Positions 17,828 to 28,681 of a DNA stretch of 64,000 nucleotides are shown in pieces. The stretch comes from Candidatus Hadarchaeota archaeon (lineage in GTDB: Archaea > Hadarchaeota > Hadarchaeia > Hadarchaeales > JAWBSP01), in the NCBI GenBank assembly GCA_964474885.1, contig CAYYWO010000003.1:57337-121336 (forward strand), written 5' to 3'. How positions within the stretch are numbered: the first letter of the stretch is position 1; every line of letters begins with the position of its first letter. The notes beneath the pieces were generated by a model, which ran no database searches, was not told where the DNA came from, and worked only from the letters and a program-made list of their open reading frames with translations. Made by a program: the position numbers and the translations under genes.

Positions 17828-20702
17828 CAACACCTATCGGTACCATCCTGGCGACCCTCTTGGCTATGCCTGCTCTGTCCGAGATCTCCGCAACTTTGTC
17901 CACATCCTTGTAGGCTTCGGGGGCTTCCTCAGCGATGACGGACACCTGAGCAGCCCTTATGTATATCCCCTTGGAGGCCAATCTTCTCCTCACCTCGTCC
18001 CCCCTGTACTGCCTTAGGGCTGCGTGGCGGCTTAAGTGCCTTCCAGCTCCGTGGGCGGTTGATCCGAAGGTTTCCTCCATAGCCCTCTGGGTACCCACCA
18101 GGATGTAGGAGGCAGTCCCCATGTCACCGGGGATGAGAACAGGCTGCCCCACCTCCCGATACAAGGCAGGGATGTCGGGATGCCCGGGACCGAAGGCGCG
18201 TGTTGCTCCCTTGCGGTGGACCACAACCTCTTTCACTTCCCCATCGATCCTGTGCCTTTCCAGCTTGGCGATGTTGTGTGCAACGTCGTAGACGATGTGG
18301 AGCCCCAACGATTCCGCATCCCTTCTGAAGACCTGCTCGAACGATTGTCTCACCCAGTGCACGATCATCTGGCGGTTTGCCCAAGCGTAGTTCGCCGCGC
18401 ACTTCATGGCTGAGAAGTAGTCCTGGCCTTCGGGGGATCGGAATGGAACGTTCACGAGCTCACGATCCAGCAGGCGGATGCCGTACCGCCTGACTGCGTG
18501 CTCCATCCGGCGGAGGTAGTCGGAGCAAACCTGGTGCCCCAGACCGCGGGAGCCCGTGTGGATCATAACCGTGACCTGCCCCTCGTGCGTTATCCCGAAA
18601 GCCTTGGCTACCCGAGGCTCGTAAATTTTATCCACCACTTGGACCTCTAGGAAGTGATTTCCGCTTCCCAAGCTACCAAGCTGGGGGAGCCCACGGTTCT
18701 TCGCCCCCGTACTCACCTTCGACGCCGAAGCTCCCTCCATACATCCCCCCTCTTCCAGCCGCTCGAGGTCCTCCTGCCAGCCGTATCCGTTCTCCACGGC
18801 CCACCTGGCACCGTGCTCGAGCACCTCATCCAGCTGGGGCATGGAAAGGCGTACTTTGCCGCGGCTCCCTAGGCCTGAGGGGACGTTCCGGAAGAGGGTG
18901 TCAACCAGCTCGCGGAGCTTGGGCTCGACATCTTTTTTGTCCAAATTCGTCTTAACTAGGCGCACCCCGCAATTCGAAGTAACGAATCCCTCCGCAACAA
19001 AGTTGTGGTGGGAGTCGGCAACCGTGAAGTCGTACACCCAACCGTCATGGGGTATGCTTTCTATCTGCACCACCTTGTCGAAGACCACTTCTCCGTCCAC
19101 GTGCTCCTTCATGAACCGTTCGAAGGTCGGGAAGTTTTGCGGAACTCGGGCATCACCAGTACCCTCGTAGAGACTGCGTTCAATGAGCCGCCGGTTGACC
19201 ACACCACGGTAGCGCCGCAGGAGCTCTGCGGATCGCCCGTGGCCCTCTTGGATCTCGCATCTGAGGAGCTCTCTCTCACGTTTCACGGCCTCTTTGAATT
19301 TCAGGAAAACGACGGCGGCCAAGGCACGTGCTTTCCTCTCCCGGTTGTACTCGTAACCGATCTTGCTCCACAGTGCTATCAGGTTCTCCGGCCGCTCGTG
19401 AACGCTCAGTCGATAAACGATCCTTCCATTGTCCCTCTCCGCCACTCCGACGGTCGAGGAGACCCCGAATTCGTTCAGGATCCGCTTCAACTCGTTGAGG
19501 AAACGCCGTCCATCCACCTCCTTTCCCTGCTTTCTTGATACTTTCACTTCAGGCATGTAGAAGTTGTAGCCGTTCATCGTCTTGGGGGCGGACATTTCAG
19601 CACCGAAGTAGGCTGCGAGGAAGAGGCGCTTCAACCACAGGGGCAGCCTGGAGATCCAGTGCGGGACTTCCAGCCTGACCTGGGTCTTCTTCCCCCTGGG
19701 ATAGCCCAGAGCCAGCAGGAGCTCAGCCAGGCTGCGAGCGGAGACCTTAAGGGAAGCCTCTGTTCGAACAAACTCACGCCCCTTGAGCCTGTGTCTCCTC
19801 CTGCGCGTGTAGATGGAAGACTTGTATCCTAAACGCTTCAGATCCGCTTGGATGTCCTGCAGGTCCTCCAGCTTGCCGTAGAATATCACGCTTTTCCCGC
19901 AGATGGTCCCGTCACCTAGCAGGTACCCGAGCAACTTCAAGAGGAGGGGCAGCTTGGGATTCCGGGCTGTTAGGGGTAACAGGCCGCGCTTTTTGAGTTC
20001 TTCTCTGATGGCTGACCTGAACGCGGTCTCACGGACTATCTCGAAGTCAGTTGCCTCCTCATACGGAACTCCCTCGAATGGGTGCAACCCTACTTCCGTT
20101 CCCACGGTGAGTCCTCCCGCTTCCCTCATTCCCTCGCGGGTCAAAATCGGGTGGTCGGGGGAAAGTGCCAGCTCGAATCCCGATGCTGTCTTTATTTTCA
20201 TGACAGATTTGTCATTCCTGCGGAGTGTCAGGATTACGGGGGTCGGTTTCGCTCGATTCTGGTTGAGAACCACCACCTCTTGTCCCACCGAGACCCTCTC
20301 TATGGGCAGCCAGAAGCCAAGCGGGGTCAGCACCCGCGTGCCAGCCGGCAGGCAGTTTATATCGTAGCCCACGCCGCCTGGCGAGATGACCCCGGTTTCA
20401 GCATCAGTTGCTGCGACTCCTCCTATCGGGAAGCCGTAGCCCTGATGCCCGTCGGGGAGGACGATAGAATACTTGTAGATGCCGTCGAGGGAGGCGACAT
20501 TCGCCCCCTGCTCCAGCGTTAGATCCTTGCCCATCTCCTGCAACATTTCCCGGTCCGCGTAGATCCTCGCCGGCACGCGCATCCCCGGCTTGTAATCTGG
20601 TGGGATTTCCCACCGCACCTCGTCGATCTGCCTGATCTTCCCCGGCAGCGGCATCATACTATTCGAGGGAGGAGGTATGACTAAAAAGCTAGATGTCCAC
20701 AA
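17817..20702 (-). CDS. rtcB: RNA-splicing ligase RtcB interrupted by a ~461 aa intein.
   Basis: Extein blocks 'GGVGYDIN' | intein | 'CGVRLVKTN...' reconstitute the conserved RtcB 'GYDINCGVRL' metal-binding motif. The C-terminal extein carries the RtcB His-rich motifs ('NHFLEVQ', '[10 protein letters not shown]', 'HNIAK'). The true start is probably M16 or M17. Confidence 0.85.
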   Translation of the reverse strand: MWTSSFLVIPPPSNSMMPLPGKIRQIDEVRWEIPPDYKPGMRVPARIYADREMLQEMGKDLTLEQGANVASLDGIYKYSIVLPDGHQGYGFPIGGVAATDAETGVISPGGVGYDINCLPAGTRVLTPLGFWLPIERVSVGQEVVVLNQNRAKPTPVILTLRRNDKSVMKIKTASGFELALSPDHPILTREGMREAGGLTVGTEVGLHPFEGVPYEEATDFEIVRETAFRSAIREELKKRGLLPLTARNPKLPLLLKLLGYLLGDGTICGKSVIFYGKLEDLQDIQADLKRLGYKSSIYTRRRRHRLKGREFVRTEASLKVSARSLAELLLALGYPRGKKTQVRLEVPHWISRLPLWLKRLFLAAYFGAEMSAPKTMNGYNFYMPEVKVSRKQGKEVDGRRFLNELKRILNEFGVSSTVGVAERDNGRIVYRLSVHERPENLIALWSKIGYEYNRERKARALAAVVFLKFKEAVKRERELLRCEIQEGHGRSAELLRRYRGVVNRRLIERSLYEGTGDARVPQNFPTFERFMKEHVDGEVVFDKVVQIESIPHDGWVYDFTVADSHHNFVAEGFVTSNCGVRLVKTNLDKKDVEPKLRELVDTLFRNVPSGLGSRGKVRLSMPQLDEVLEHGARWAVENGYGWQEDLERLEEGGCMEGASASKVSTGAKNRGLPQLGSLGSGNHFLEVQVVDKIYEPRVAKAFGITHEGQVTVMIHTGSRGLGHQVCSDYLRRMEHAVRRYGIRLLDRELVNVPFRSPEGQDYFSAMKCAANYAWANRQMIVHWVRQSFEQVFRRDAESLGLHIVYDVAHNIAKLERHRIDGEVKEVVVHRKGATRAFGPGHPDIPALYREVGQPVLIPGDMGTASYILVGTQRAMEETFGSTAHGAGRHLSRHAALRQYRGDEVRRRLASKGIYIRAAQVSVIAEEAPEAYKDVDKVAEISDRAGIAKRVARMVPIGVAKG
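18972..20354 (-). mobile_element. Intein with a LAGLIDADG homing-endonuclease domain inside rtcB.
   Basis: It begins with Cys ('[11 protein letters not shown]') and ends '...[12 protein letters not shown]' followed by Cys+1. An internal '[13 protein letters not shown]' is the LAGLIDADG motif. Coordinates come from counting residues (N-extein 116 aa, C-extein 384 aa). Confidence 0.75.
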
Positions 20703-21114
20703 CCGCCTGCACGCAGCAGGCCCCGGGCTTTTCCTCTACCCGCATCATGTGATAGGTCATGGCCTTCACCGAAGTCTTGGCGGGATGTTTTTCCGGGTTG
20801 AAGGCCTCACCCCAAGCTTTCCCTTCTAGGCAGAGCCCCGACGCGCTCCGCTCGATCTTCACCTCGAACTTGGAGAAGAGCAAATTCTGACTGTCGTGAT
20901 AAGAGATCAGTGAGTCCAGCCAGTCGTAAAGAAGGGCCTCCTTATCCTCCGCCTGCAACTCCAGCTTGACCATCTCTTTCGGTTCTACTTTGCTGGTGTC
21001 CGTCATTATCTCGAAAAGCGCGAGTGCGGCGTTTTCGAAAGCCTCCGCCAAGGTTTTCCCGTAGGCTCTAAAGCCGACATCGGAAGGGTGCTCCACCCAC
21101 TCGAAACGCTTCAT
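20689..21114 (-). CDS. Archease (RtcB activator).
   Basis: '[34 protein letters not shown]' is the archease N-terminal signature. The gene is immediately upstream of rtcB and overlaps it (operon). Confidence 0.8.
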   Translation of the reverse strand: MKRFEWVEHPSDVGFRAYGKTLAEAFENAALALFEIMTDTSKVEPKEMVKLELQAEDKEALLYDWLDSLISYHDSQNLLFSKFEVKIERSASGLCLEGKAWGEAFNPEKHPAKTSVKAMTYHMMRVEEKPGACCVQAVVDI

Positions 21115-21136
21115 TCAGATTTACTCGTCGGACATT

Positions 21137-21943
21137 TTGATGAGGAGGTCGGTTTATTTACCGGGCTCTCTCGTTGCGGATTGTGGCAGTTTGCTCCAAA
21201 AGACGATCAAGATCGGACAGGTCGCCCGGGCTCTGGCGATCTTCAGGATTCAGCACGTGGGCATCTACGATGACTCCCACCCCTCCTGCAAGCAGGACAC
21301 ACCACTCATCGTCAAGCTGCTGAGGTACGCGGAGACCCCGCAGTACCTGAGAAAACTCCTATTCCCGAAGGATGCGGACCTGAGATACGTCGGACTCTTA
21401 CCCCCGCTCCGCACGCCGCACCATCCGCTCAGGGGGGAGAGGGAAGAGGTCGGCGCGGTCAGGGAAGCACTTGTCTTGGAGCAAAAGCGGGAGGGGAGCA
21501 TTCTGGAGCTCGGTCTTCCGAAAAAGGGGCTCTGCAAGGACAGGCTTAGGAGGAACCAGAGGGTAACGGTTAAACTGGTGAAAGGTTCTGGGAGGTTCTA
21601 TGAGGTGGTCCCGTGCCCGCCGGATGACTACTGGGGGTTCAGCATTTCTACCCACGGAAGCTTGCGGCAGGCCCTCCGGGCAGCGAGCGGCCTGCGGGTG
21701 GCTACCTCCAGGTACGGGAGACACATAAGAGCTCAGGATGAGCTGGTAGAGCAGGCCAACCGTCAGGGCTTCTCGCTCTTCTTCGGCGGTCCTTACTGGG
21801 GTATCCTTGAGACAAGCAGGAAACAGGGCGTCCCATCCTCCCTATTTGACGATGTGGTGAACGTCATCCCGAAACAGGGAACAGCGACCGTGAGGACGGA
21901 GGAGGCTCTTTTCTGCGCCCTTGCTCTCTTCCACCTCGGGTGA
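21137..21943 (+). CDS. Conserved archaeal protein, possibly a SPOUT-class RNA methyltransferase (COG2106/DUF171-like).
   Basis: Weak recollection of the family from 'ETPQYLRKLLFPKD'. It sits next to the ribosomal operon. The assignment is tentative. Confidence 0.3.
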   Translation: MMRRSVYLPGSLVADCGSLLQKTIKIGQVARALAIFRIQHVGIYDDSHPSCKQDTPLIVKLLRYAETPQYLRKLLFPKDADLRYVGLLPPLRTPHHPLRGEREEVGAVREALVLEQKREGSILELGLPKKGLCKDRLRRNQRVTVKLVKGSGRFYEVVPCPPDDYWGFSISTHGSLRQALRAASGLRVATSRYGRHIRAQDELVEQANRQGFSLFFGGPYWGILETSRKQGVPSSLFDDVVNVIPKQGTATVRTEEALFCALALFHLG

Positions 21944-21950
21944 TATATTC
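21943..21950 (+). promoter_or_regulatory. Candidate TATA box for the L3 ribosomal operon.
   Basis: 'gatatatt' lies about 22-29 nt upstream of the L3 ATG (21972). The spacing fits a leaderless archaeal mRNA. Confidence 0.3.
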
Positions 21951-21971
21951 CCTTTTAAAACCAATTAATTC

Positions 21972-22976
21972 ATGCCCAAGGAGCACAAGCCCAGGAGGGG
22001 GTCCTTGGCTTACAGCCCTAGGGTTAGAGCGGCTTCTCAGGTCCCGCATGTTAGGTCCTGGGTGCTCTGTCCCGAGCCGAAGCTGTGCGGGATCGCGGGC
22101 TACAAGGCCGGCATGACCCACGTCATGATGATCGACGACAGAAAGACGAGTTTAACCGCTGGGCAGACCATAACAGTCCCAGTGACCGTCATAGAGATAC
22201 CACCCATCTTTGTGTTCGGGATCAGGTTGTACGAGTGTACTTCTAGGGGCCTCAGAGTTGTAGGGGAAGTTTGGACGAAGGACGTCCCAAAGAACTTCGA
22301 GCGCAGGCTCAAGCCCCCCAAGAAGATGGAGGAGCAAAGGCTTGATCAAATGGAAGAGCTCGTCAAGAGCGGCAGGGTATGCGAGGTGAGATTGTTGTGC
22401 TGCACCCAGCCCTGGTTGACCAACTTACCCAAAAAGTCCCCCGACATCTTTGAGGTACCGATAGGCGGTTCCGGCATAAAGGAGAGGTGGGAGAATGCTA
22501 GGAAAATGCTGGGGAAGGAGGTCAAGGTGTCGGAAGTCTTTGATGCCGGGGAGTACATCGATGTGATTGCTGTAACAAAGGGCAAGGGATTCCAAGGGCC
22601 GGTCAAGAGATGGGGCGTGAAAATACTGCCCCGGAAGACTGAAGGTGGGAGAAGGCAGGTTGGCACGCTCGGTCCCTGGCATCCAGCCAAAATCATGTGG
22701 ACGGTCCCCCAGGCGGGGCAGATGGGTTATCATCAGAGAACCGAATATAATAAGCGCATCTTGAAGATAGGCTCCGATGGAGGGGAAGTAACACCTTCCG
22801 GTGGATTCCTCCGGTACGGACCGGTTAAGACCGATTATGTGATGGTGGCAGGTTCTGTCCCTGGTCCAGCAAAACGTCTTGTTATCCTGAGGAAAGCCGT
22901 CAGACCACCCAGGGGACGCCCTATGTCACCCCCCACCATCACCTACGTGAGCTTAGCTTCTAAGCAGGGGAAGTAA
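21972..22976 (+). CDS. rpl3: Ribosomal protein uL3.
   Basis: 'MPKEHKPRRGSLAYSPRVRA' is the archaeal L3 N-terminus. The length is about 334 aa. Confidence 0.9.
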   Translation: MPKEHKPRRGSLAYSPRVRAASQVPHVRSWVLCPEPKLCGIAGYKAGMTHVMMIDDRKTSLTAGQTITVPVTVIEIPPIFVFGIRLYECTSRGLRVVGEVWTKDVPKNFERRLKPPKKMEEQRLDQMEELVKSGRVCEVRLLCCTQPWLTNLPKKSPDIFEVPIGGSGIKERWENARKMLGKEVKVSEVFDAGEYIDVIAVTKGKGFQGPVKRWGVKILPRKTEGGRRQVGTLGPWHPAKIMWTVPQAGQMGYHQRTEYNKRILKIGSDGGEVTPSGGFLRYGPVKTDYVMVAGSVPGPAKRLVILRKAVRPPRGRPMSPPTITYVSLASKQGK

Positions 22977-22977
22977 G

Positions 22978-23748
22978 ATGGTAGCCGTTAGAGCACTGGA
23001 CGGTGGTATCGTCAGGGAGGTGGAGTTACCTGAGGTTTTTAGAGCGGAGCTCAGGCCGGATCTTATCAGGAGGGCTTTCTTGGCTGAAACCTCCCTCAAC
23101 TACCAGCCCAAGGGGACGGATGTCAGGGCGGGGAAGCGTACGACTGCGGAGCCATGGGGTAAAGGGTTTGGTGTCTCCCGAGTTCCCAGAATTAAGGGTA
23201 GTCGGTATCACGCGGCAGGCAAGGGGGCCTTCTCCCCCTCAACTGTCGGTGGTCGTGCAGCTCACCCTCCGAAGGTGGAGAAGCGGCTCGTGCAGAAAGT
23301 GAACAAGAAGGAGTACCGTTTGGCTCTGAAGTCTGCCATTGCTGCCACGGCCAAGAAGGAGCTGGTCGAGGCTAGAGGACATGAGTTTGAGGCTGCAGAT
23401 TTGCCCATAATAGTCGTAGCTGACGCCGAAAAACTGAAGAAAACCAAGGAAGTAATGGAGCTGTTCAAGAGGCTGGGTTTGTGGTCAGATGTAGAGAGGG
23501 CGAAGGAAGGGAAGAAGATCAGGGCAGGGAAGGGAAAGATGAGAGGAAGGAGATACAGAAAGCCGAAGGGCCCCCTAGTAGTGACAGGTAGCCCGGATTG
23601 TGATTTACTAAAAGCCGCCAGGAACCTGCCTGGAGTCGACGTGGCGGATGTGCGTGCACTGAACTTAGAATTGCTGGCACCTGGAGGGGTGCCGGGGAGA
23701 TTGACCGTCTGGACGGAAAGCGCGATCGAGCAGCTCAAGTCCCTATGA
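22978..23748 (+). CDS. rpl4: Ribosomal protein uL4.
   Basis: Position in the operon (after L3, before L23) and sequence character. Confidence 0.9.
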   Translation: MVAVRALDGGIVREVELPEVFRAELRPDLIRRAFLAETSLNYQPKGTDVRAGKRTTAEPWGKGFGVSRVPRIKGSRYHAAGKGAFSPSTVGGRAAHPPKVEKRLVQKVNKKEYRLALKSAIAATAKKELVEARGHEFEAADLPIIVVADAEKLKKTKEVMELFKRLGLWSDVERAKEGKKIRAGKGKMRGRRYRKPKGPLVVTGSPDCDLLKAARNLPGVDVADVRALNLELLAPGGVPGRLTVWTESAIEQLKSL

Positions 23749-24005
23749 AGGATCCGCAAAAAGTGATCCTGTATCCCGTCACGACGGAGAAGGCCGTCAG
23801 ATTGGTCGAGAGGGAAAACACCGTTACCTTCATGGTCTCTGAGGATGCGAACAAGGTGGACATCAAGAGAGCTGTCGAGATCCTCTACGGGGTCAAGGTA
23901 AAAGACGTCAGGACGGTTAAGACCTTTGATGGGAAAAAAGCATATGTCAGGCTCTCCCCCGAGTTCTCGGCGGATGAGCTGGCAGCCAAGCTGGGGGTGA
24001 TATAG
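23745..24005 (+). CDS. rpl23: Ribosomal protein uL23.
   Basis: About 86 aa. 'VILYPVTTEKAVRLVEREN' is typical of L23. Confidence 0.9.
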   Translation: MKDPQKVILYPVTTEKAVRLVERENTVTFMVSEDANKVDIKRAVEILYGVKVKDVRTVKTFDGKKAYVRLSPEFSADELAAKLGVI

Positions 24006-24721
24006 TGGGAAAGAGGATCCGGGCTCAAAGGGTTGGACGCGGTTCCCCTAGGTATAGATCCAATCCTTGGAGGAGGGTAGGCCCCCTCAAAATGCCCCCC
24101 TTGGTGAGTGGTACTCTGACCGGGCAGGTCACGGACATTTTTCACAATCCGGGGATATCTACACCCTGCGCTATGGTGAAGCTTCAGAATGGGGAGACGT
24201 TCTGCGTCCCCGCCTGTGACGGCCTGAGGGTGGGTCAGACCATAAGCGTCGGGCCCGGCGCGCCTGTTCAACCCGGAAACATCGTGCCCTTAGGAAATGT
24301 ACCCGAGGGGAGTAAAGTGTACATGATCGAAGCTCAGCCGGGGGACGGGGGGAAGTTCGTGAGGGCGAGCGGGACCTACGGTATCGTAGTAGGGAGAGAG
24401 GGCAGGGAGACGATAGTCCAGTTGCCCTCCGGCAAAACGCGCAGGTTTCTCTCAGAGTGTAGAGCTATCGTAGGGATCGTTGCTGGAGGGGGTAGGGTGG
24501 ACAAACCTTTCGTTAAGGCTGGAAAGAAGTACCACCATATGCGTGCAAAAGCGAAACCCTATCCCAGGACGAGGGGAGTTGCCATGAATGTGGTTGACCA
24601 TCCCTTCGGTGGGGGAAGGAGACAGCACTGCGGGAGACCCAGATGTGTCAGCAGGAATGCGCCTCCCGGACAGAAGGTGGGCCTAATAGCCGCGAGGAGA
24701 ACAGGGATCAAGAAAGTGTAA
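24005..24721 (+). CDS. rpl2: Ribosomal protein uL2.
   Basis: The '[19 protein letters not shown]' N-terminus and a Gly/Arg-rich C-terminus. Confidence 0.9.
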   Translation: MGKRIRAQRVGRGSPRYRSNPWRRVGPLKMPPLVSGTLTGQVTDIFHNPGISTPCAMVKLQNGETFCVPACDGLRVGQTISVGPGAPVQPGNIVPLGNVPEGSKVYMIEAQPGDGGKFVRASGTYGIVVGREGRETIVQLPSGKTRRFLSECRAIVGIVAGGGRVDKPFVKAGKKYHHMRAKAKPYPRTRGVAMNVVDHPFGGGRRQHCGRPRCVSRNAPPGQKVGLIAARRTGIKKV

Positions 24722-24722
24722 C

Positions 24723-25118
24723 ATGCCGAAGAAATTCACATATCGGGGTTACACGCTGGAGCAACTGCAAGCCATGCCGCTAGAGAAATTTGCCGAACTC
24801 TTACCGGCCCGCCAGCGCCGCTCTCTCCTAAGGGGTCTCACACCGGCTGAGCAGAGGCTGCTCGAGAAAGTGAGGAAATACAAGGACAAGGGAATCCAAA
24901 AACCCATCCGGACGCATTGCAGGGACATGATAATACTCCCTGAAATGGTTGGTATGAAGTTCGCCGTCCACAACGGGAAGGATTTCGTTGTCTTTGAGGT
25001 CCTTCCGGAAATGATAGGCCACAGACTCGGAGAGTTCTCGCAAACGAGGAAGAGAGTTGTCCACGGAGCACCCGGGGTGGGGGCCACTAGGAGCTCGATG
25101 TACGTACCGCTGAAATAA
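24723..25118 (+). CDS. rps19: Ribosomal protein uS19.
   Basis: '[14 protein letters not shown]...[10 protein letters not shown]' is the S19 pattern. Confidence 0.9.
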   Translation: MPKKFTYRGYTLEQLQAMPLEKFAELLPARQRRSLLRGLTPAEQRLLEKVRKYKDKGIQKPIRTHCRDMIILPEMVGMKFAVHNGKDFVVFEVLPEMIGHRLGEFSQTRKRVVHGAPGVGATRSSMYVPLK

Positions 25119-25571
25119 ATGCCACACCACGAGTATTCGGTCCAGCTCTCCGAGCCGTGTGCCAAGGCATATGGAAGGGAGCTGAGGATCTCGAGGAAGC
25201 ATGCGGAGGAAATTTGTAGGGCTATAAAAGGCATGAGGTTAGAGGAATGTAAACGCTTCTTGGAAGGGGTGATAAAAAAGAAGGTACCTGTCCCCTTCCG
25301 CAGGCACAACAAGAAACTCCCTCATAGGAGAGGATGTAGAGGGGCGGGTCGATACCCAGTCAAGGCAGCCAAAGAAATCCTTAAGGTGATCAAGAACGCC
25401 GAGGCAAACGCTTCTTACAAAGGCTTGAAGCCAGAGAAGCTGAGAGTGGTGCATGCGTGTGCCAAGAAAGGCCTCGTGATTCGAAACTTCATGCCCAGGG
25501 CCTTTGCGAGAGCCACACCTTGGAACCAAGAACTCACAAATGTAGAGGTAGTTCTTCAGGAAAAGGACTGA
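25119..25571 (+). CDS. rpl22: Ribosomal protein uL22.
   Basis: Operon position and length (~150 aa). Confidence 0.9.
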   Translation: MPHHEYSVQLSEPCAKAYGRELRISRKHAEEICRAIKGMRLEECKRFLEGVIKKKVPVPFRRHNKKLPHRRGCRGAGRYPVKAAKEILKVIKNAEANASYKGLKPEKLRVVHACAKKGLVIRNFMPRAFARATPWNQELTNVEVVLQEKD

Positions 25572-26197
25572 TGGCGCCCTCGTCAGATATAAAATTCATC
25601 CAGTATGGATGGGACAGAGCCAGCCTCGAGGAGTTTCTCAGCGAAAAGTTAGGACACGCAGGATATGGTGGGATAGACATCCAGAAGATGACTGGGAGCA
25701 CGAAAATCACCCTGTATGTGGAGAGACCGGGAGTTGTCATAGGCAGGGGTGGTGAAAGCATAAAGGAGCTGCAGGAAATTTTGGAAAAACGCTTCAAGCT
25801 GGAGAAGCCCGAGATAGAAGTCCTCGAACTCCAAAATGCTGACCTCTGTGCTCCAATCGTGGCAAAAAGGATAGCATCGGCCTTGGAGCGGGGGATAAGT
25901 TACAGGAGGATTGCTCACGCTTTCTTGAGAAGGGTAATGGCAGCTGGGGCAAAAGGAGTTGAGATCAGGATTTCGGGGAAGATAGCCGGCGAGAGAGCTA
26001 GATCGGAGAGGTTCTTCCAGGGATACCTGAGTAAGACGGGGGAGCCAGCGGAGAAATACGTCAGCAAGGGTCAGGCCACGGCCAAGCTGCCACCTGGCAT
26101 TGTGGGGGTCAAAGTCAGAATAATGTTGCCTTTCCCAGTTGAAGATTTGAAGAAAGGAGCAAAGAAGGAGGGGGAAGGTGCCCAAGCTTCGAGCTGA
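25571..26197 (+). CDS. rps3: Ribosomal protein uS3.
   Basis: The KH domain and '[16 protein letters not shown]'. The start is trimmed to ATG 25571, overlapping the L22 stop (TGATG). The track ORF starts at 25457. Confidence 0.9.
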   Translation: MAPSSDIKFIQYGWDRASLEEFLSEKLGHAGYGGIDIQKMTGSTKITLYVERPGVVIGRGGESIKELQEILEKRFKLEKPEIEVLELQNADLCAPIVAKRIASALERGISYRRIAHAFLRRVMAAGAKGVEIRISGKIAGERARSERFFQGYLSKTGEPAEKYVSKGQATAKLPPGIVGVKVRIMLPFPVEDLKKGAKKEGEGAQASS

Positions 26198-26390
26198 CGA
26201 ATTGAGGGGTATGAGTATAGAAGAATTAAAGGAGAAGTTAAGAGAGTTGAGGGCTGAACTGGCTAAAGAAAGGGCTGTGGCGAGGGCTGGTGGCACGACA
26301 GAGAACCCAATGAGGATCAGGGAGTTACGGAGAGCCATAGCCAGGGTCTTGACGGTGATCCGGGAGGTTCAGCTCAGGGAAGGTCGCTGA
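26178..26390 (+). CDS. rpl29: Ribosomal protein uL29.
   Basis: '[24 protein letters not shown]' is the L29 coiled helix. Confidence 0.85.
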   Translation: MPKLRADELRGMSIEELKEKLRELRAELAKERAVARAGGTTENPMRIRELRRAIARVLTVIREVQLREGR

Positions 26391-26698
26391 TGCAGGAGAT
26401 TTGTAAAATCTGTGGGCTACCTAAGGAACTATGCATATGCGAGGGCATAGCAAAAGAGCAGCAGAGGATAAACATCTACACCCAGGAGAGGAAGTTCGGT
26501 AAGAAGGTTGTGATAATTGAAGGATTGGACTCTAAAGCCCTTAACCTGAAAGACCTGCTTAAGAAACTCAAATCGAAGCTCGCCTGCGGCGGGACAATCA
26601 AGAATAACATAATCGAACTCCAAGGAGGGAACAAGGAGCGAGTGAAGGAGGCATTGGTTGAGTTGGGTTTCCCTGTGGATTCTATTTACGTTAGGTAA
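26390..26698 (+). CDS. Translation initiation factor SUI1 (aSUI1/eIF1).
   Basis: An N-terminal Cys cluster '[15 protein letters not shown]' followed by a SUI1 fold ('KKVVIIEGL...IELQGG'). Confidence 0.85.
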   Translation: MQEICKICGLPKELCICEGIAKEQQRINIYTQERKFGKKVVIIEGLDSKALNLKDLLKKLKSKLACGGTIKNNIIELQGGNKERVKEALVELGFPVDSIYVR

Positions 26699-26730
26699 GG
26701 AGGGAAAGCATCCCCATAACACCGAGAAAT

Positions 26731-26979
26731 TTGCTCAAACACGAGTGGATCGGACTGACGGTTGAGATAGTGGATAGTCTTGATCCCACGCTGAAGGGGA
26801 GACAAGGGAGGGTGATAGATGAGACGAAAAACACGCTGGTTATCGAAGAAGGCACGCGCAGAATTCGCATCCCCAAAGCAGTAGTCACCTTGAAGTTCAT
26901 CTTGCCTGGAGGGAAAGAAGTGCTTGTGGATGGAAGGAAAATCGTTATGAGACCAGAAGAGAGAGTTAAGAGACTATGA
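26731..26979 (+). CDS. rnp1: RNase P protein component 1 (Rpp29/Pop4).
   Basis: A small Sm-like barrel ('[37 protein letters not shown]') in the conserved position before S17. Confidence 0.75.
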   Translation: MLKHEWIGLTVEIVDSLDPTLKGRQGRVIDETKNTLVIEEGTRRIRIPKAVVTLKFILPGGKEVLVDGRKIVMRPEERVKRL

Positions 26980-27320
26980 GCGAGAATCCTCCGGCTAGAA
27001 ACATAGGGCTTGACGTAAAACCGCCCACCTCTTCATGCTCTGACCCCAGATGCCCCTTTCACGGGAATCTGAAGGTTAGGGGGAGGGTGATGGAGGGAGT
27101 TGTAGTGAGCGACCGTATGCAGAAAACGGTCACAGTGGCAATTGAGAGGTTGCATTATGTTCCCAAGTATGAGAGGTACGAGCGAAGGACTTCGAAAATC
27201 CATGCTCACAATCCCCCGTGTATAAATGCCAAGGTTGGAGACAGGGTGAAAATTGCGGAATGCCGGAGGCTAAGCAAGACGAAGGCTTTCGTTGTGGTTG
27301 AGAAAAGCGAGGTGAAATAA
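26976..27320 (+). CDS. rps17: Ribosomal protein uS17.
   Basis: '[20 protein letters not shown]' and the OB fold. Confidence 0.9.
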   Translation: MSENPPARNIGLDVKPPTSSCSDPRCPFHGNLKVRGRVMEGVVVSDRMQKTVTVAIERLHYVPKYERYERRTSKIHAHNPPCINAKVGDRVKIAECRRLSKTKAFVVVEKSEVK

Positions 27321-27746
27321 ATGGGAAAGAAGGGGGCCGGCGAGACGAGGGGAATTTCTCCTGTCACCCCTGTCAGGGCGATCAACGTGGGAGCTAGGCT
27401 TGCATGTATCGACAACACAGGGGTTAAGGAGATCCAAGTTGTTTCCGTAGTGGGGTATAAGGGAGTTAGGCGGCGGATGGGCAGGGCTGGTGTTGGGGAT
27501 CAGGTGGTGGCATCTGTGAAAAAAGGAACGCCGGAGTGGAAGAAGAAGATAGTCAGGGCGGTCATAGTCAGGCAGAAGAAGGAGTACCGGCGCGTTGACG
27601 GCATAAGGGTGAAATTCGAGGACAACGCGGCAGTCATAGTCAATCCGGATGGGACACCCAGAGGTACGCAGATAAAGGGAGCGATTGCGAGGGAAGCTGC
27701 CGAGAGGTGGCCTAAAGTGGCTGGGATAGCCTCTATCGTGGTATGA
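27321..27746 (+). CDS. rpl14: Ribosomal protein uL14.
   Basis: '[20 protein letters not shown]' is the L14 N-terminus. Confidence 0.9.
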   Translation: MGKKGAGETRGISPVTPVRAINVGARLACIDNTGVKEIQVVSVVGYKGVRRRMGRAGVGDQVVASVKKGTPEWKKKIVRAVIVRQKKEYRRVDGIRVKFEDNAAVIVNPDGTPRGTQIKGAIAREAAERWPKVAGIASIVV

Positions 27747-28078
27747 AGACCGTACAACCGCGGAAGCAGAGGTACCGACTGTATCACGCACCCCTCCACG
27801 CGCGGGGGAAGTTCCTGCACGCCCACCTGAGCGATGAGCTAAGGAAGAAGCTGGGGAGGAGGAGTCTCAGGGTCAGGAAGGGTGACAGGGTGAAGATTCT
27901 GCGGGGTGATTTCAAGGGCTTGGAAGGGGAGGTCGTCCAGGTGTTCACCAAGCAGAGGAGGGTGGCCGTTCAGGGCGCTTCTTTGAGGAAGGCGGATGGA
28001 ACGGAGGTCCCCCTCAAGATACACCCCTCGAATTTGGTGATCACTAGACTGGCGGAGGACAAGAGGAGGCTCAAATGA
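27743..28078 (+). CDS. rpl24: Ribosomal protein uL24 (KOW).
   Basis: '[23 protein letters not shown]' is the KOW motif. Confidence 0.9.
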   Translation: MKTVQPRKQRYRLYHAPLHARGKFLHAHLSDELRKKLGRRSLRVRKGDRVKILRGDFKGLEGEVVQVFTKQRRVAVQGASLRKADGTEVPLKIHPSNLVITRLAEDKRRLK

Positions 28079-28680
28079 GGAAACTCGGGCTCTCCGCCCT
28101 GGTTCTTGCGGTAGCGACAGGCATATTTTTGCTTTTCGGGAAGTTTGAGAGCGAGATGCCTTCGATCAAAGGTAAGAAAGTGCTGATGGTCATAGCCCCG
28201 GAGAACTTCAGGGACGAGGAACTGTTTGAGACGAGGGCCCAGCTCGAGGCAGCTGGAGCGGAGGTAAAGGTCTGCAGCTCGACCCGCGAACCCGCTGTGG
28301 GCATGCTGGGTGGAAAGGCTGTCCCGGATTTCTCCTTAGATCAAGTCCGGGCCGCCGACTGGGATGCGATAGTTTTTGTTGGTGGCGTGGGAGCCCAGGT
28401 TTATTTCAATGATAACCGGGCTCTAAACCTGGCGAGGGAGGCCTATCGGCTGGGGAAGAAGGTATGTGCCATTTGCATAGCTCCCATGATCTTGGCCAAT
28501 GCGGGAATTCTGAAGGGGAGAAGGGCAACGGTCTGGTCTTCTTTTGCCAACCAGCTCGAAGATGCCGGGGCCGTTTACGTGCAACAGAACGTAGTGGTCG
28601 ATGGAAACATAGTAACAGCTCCCGGGCCTCAGGCCGCGGTCGAATTTGGCAAGGCCATTGCCAGGGAACTAGCCGGGTAA
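28075..28680 (+). CDS. DJ-1/PfpI family protein with an N-terminal signal or TM segment.
   Basis: 'KKVLMVIAPENFRDEE' plus the nucleophile elbow 'KKVCAICIAPMILA'. The N-terminus '[21 protein letters not shown]' is hydrophobic. Confidence 0.65.
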   Translation: MRKLGLSALVLAVATGIFLLFGKFESEMPSIKGKKVLMVIAPENFRDEELFETRAQLEAAGAEVKVCSSTREPAVGMLGGKAVPDFSLDQVRAADWDAIVFVGGVGAQVYFNDNRALNLAREAYRLGKKVCAICIAPMILANAGILKGRRATVWSSFANQLEDAGAVYVQQNVVVDGNIVTAPGPQAAVEFGKAIARELAG

Positions 28681-28681
28681 A

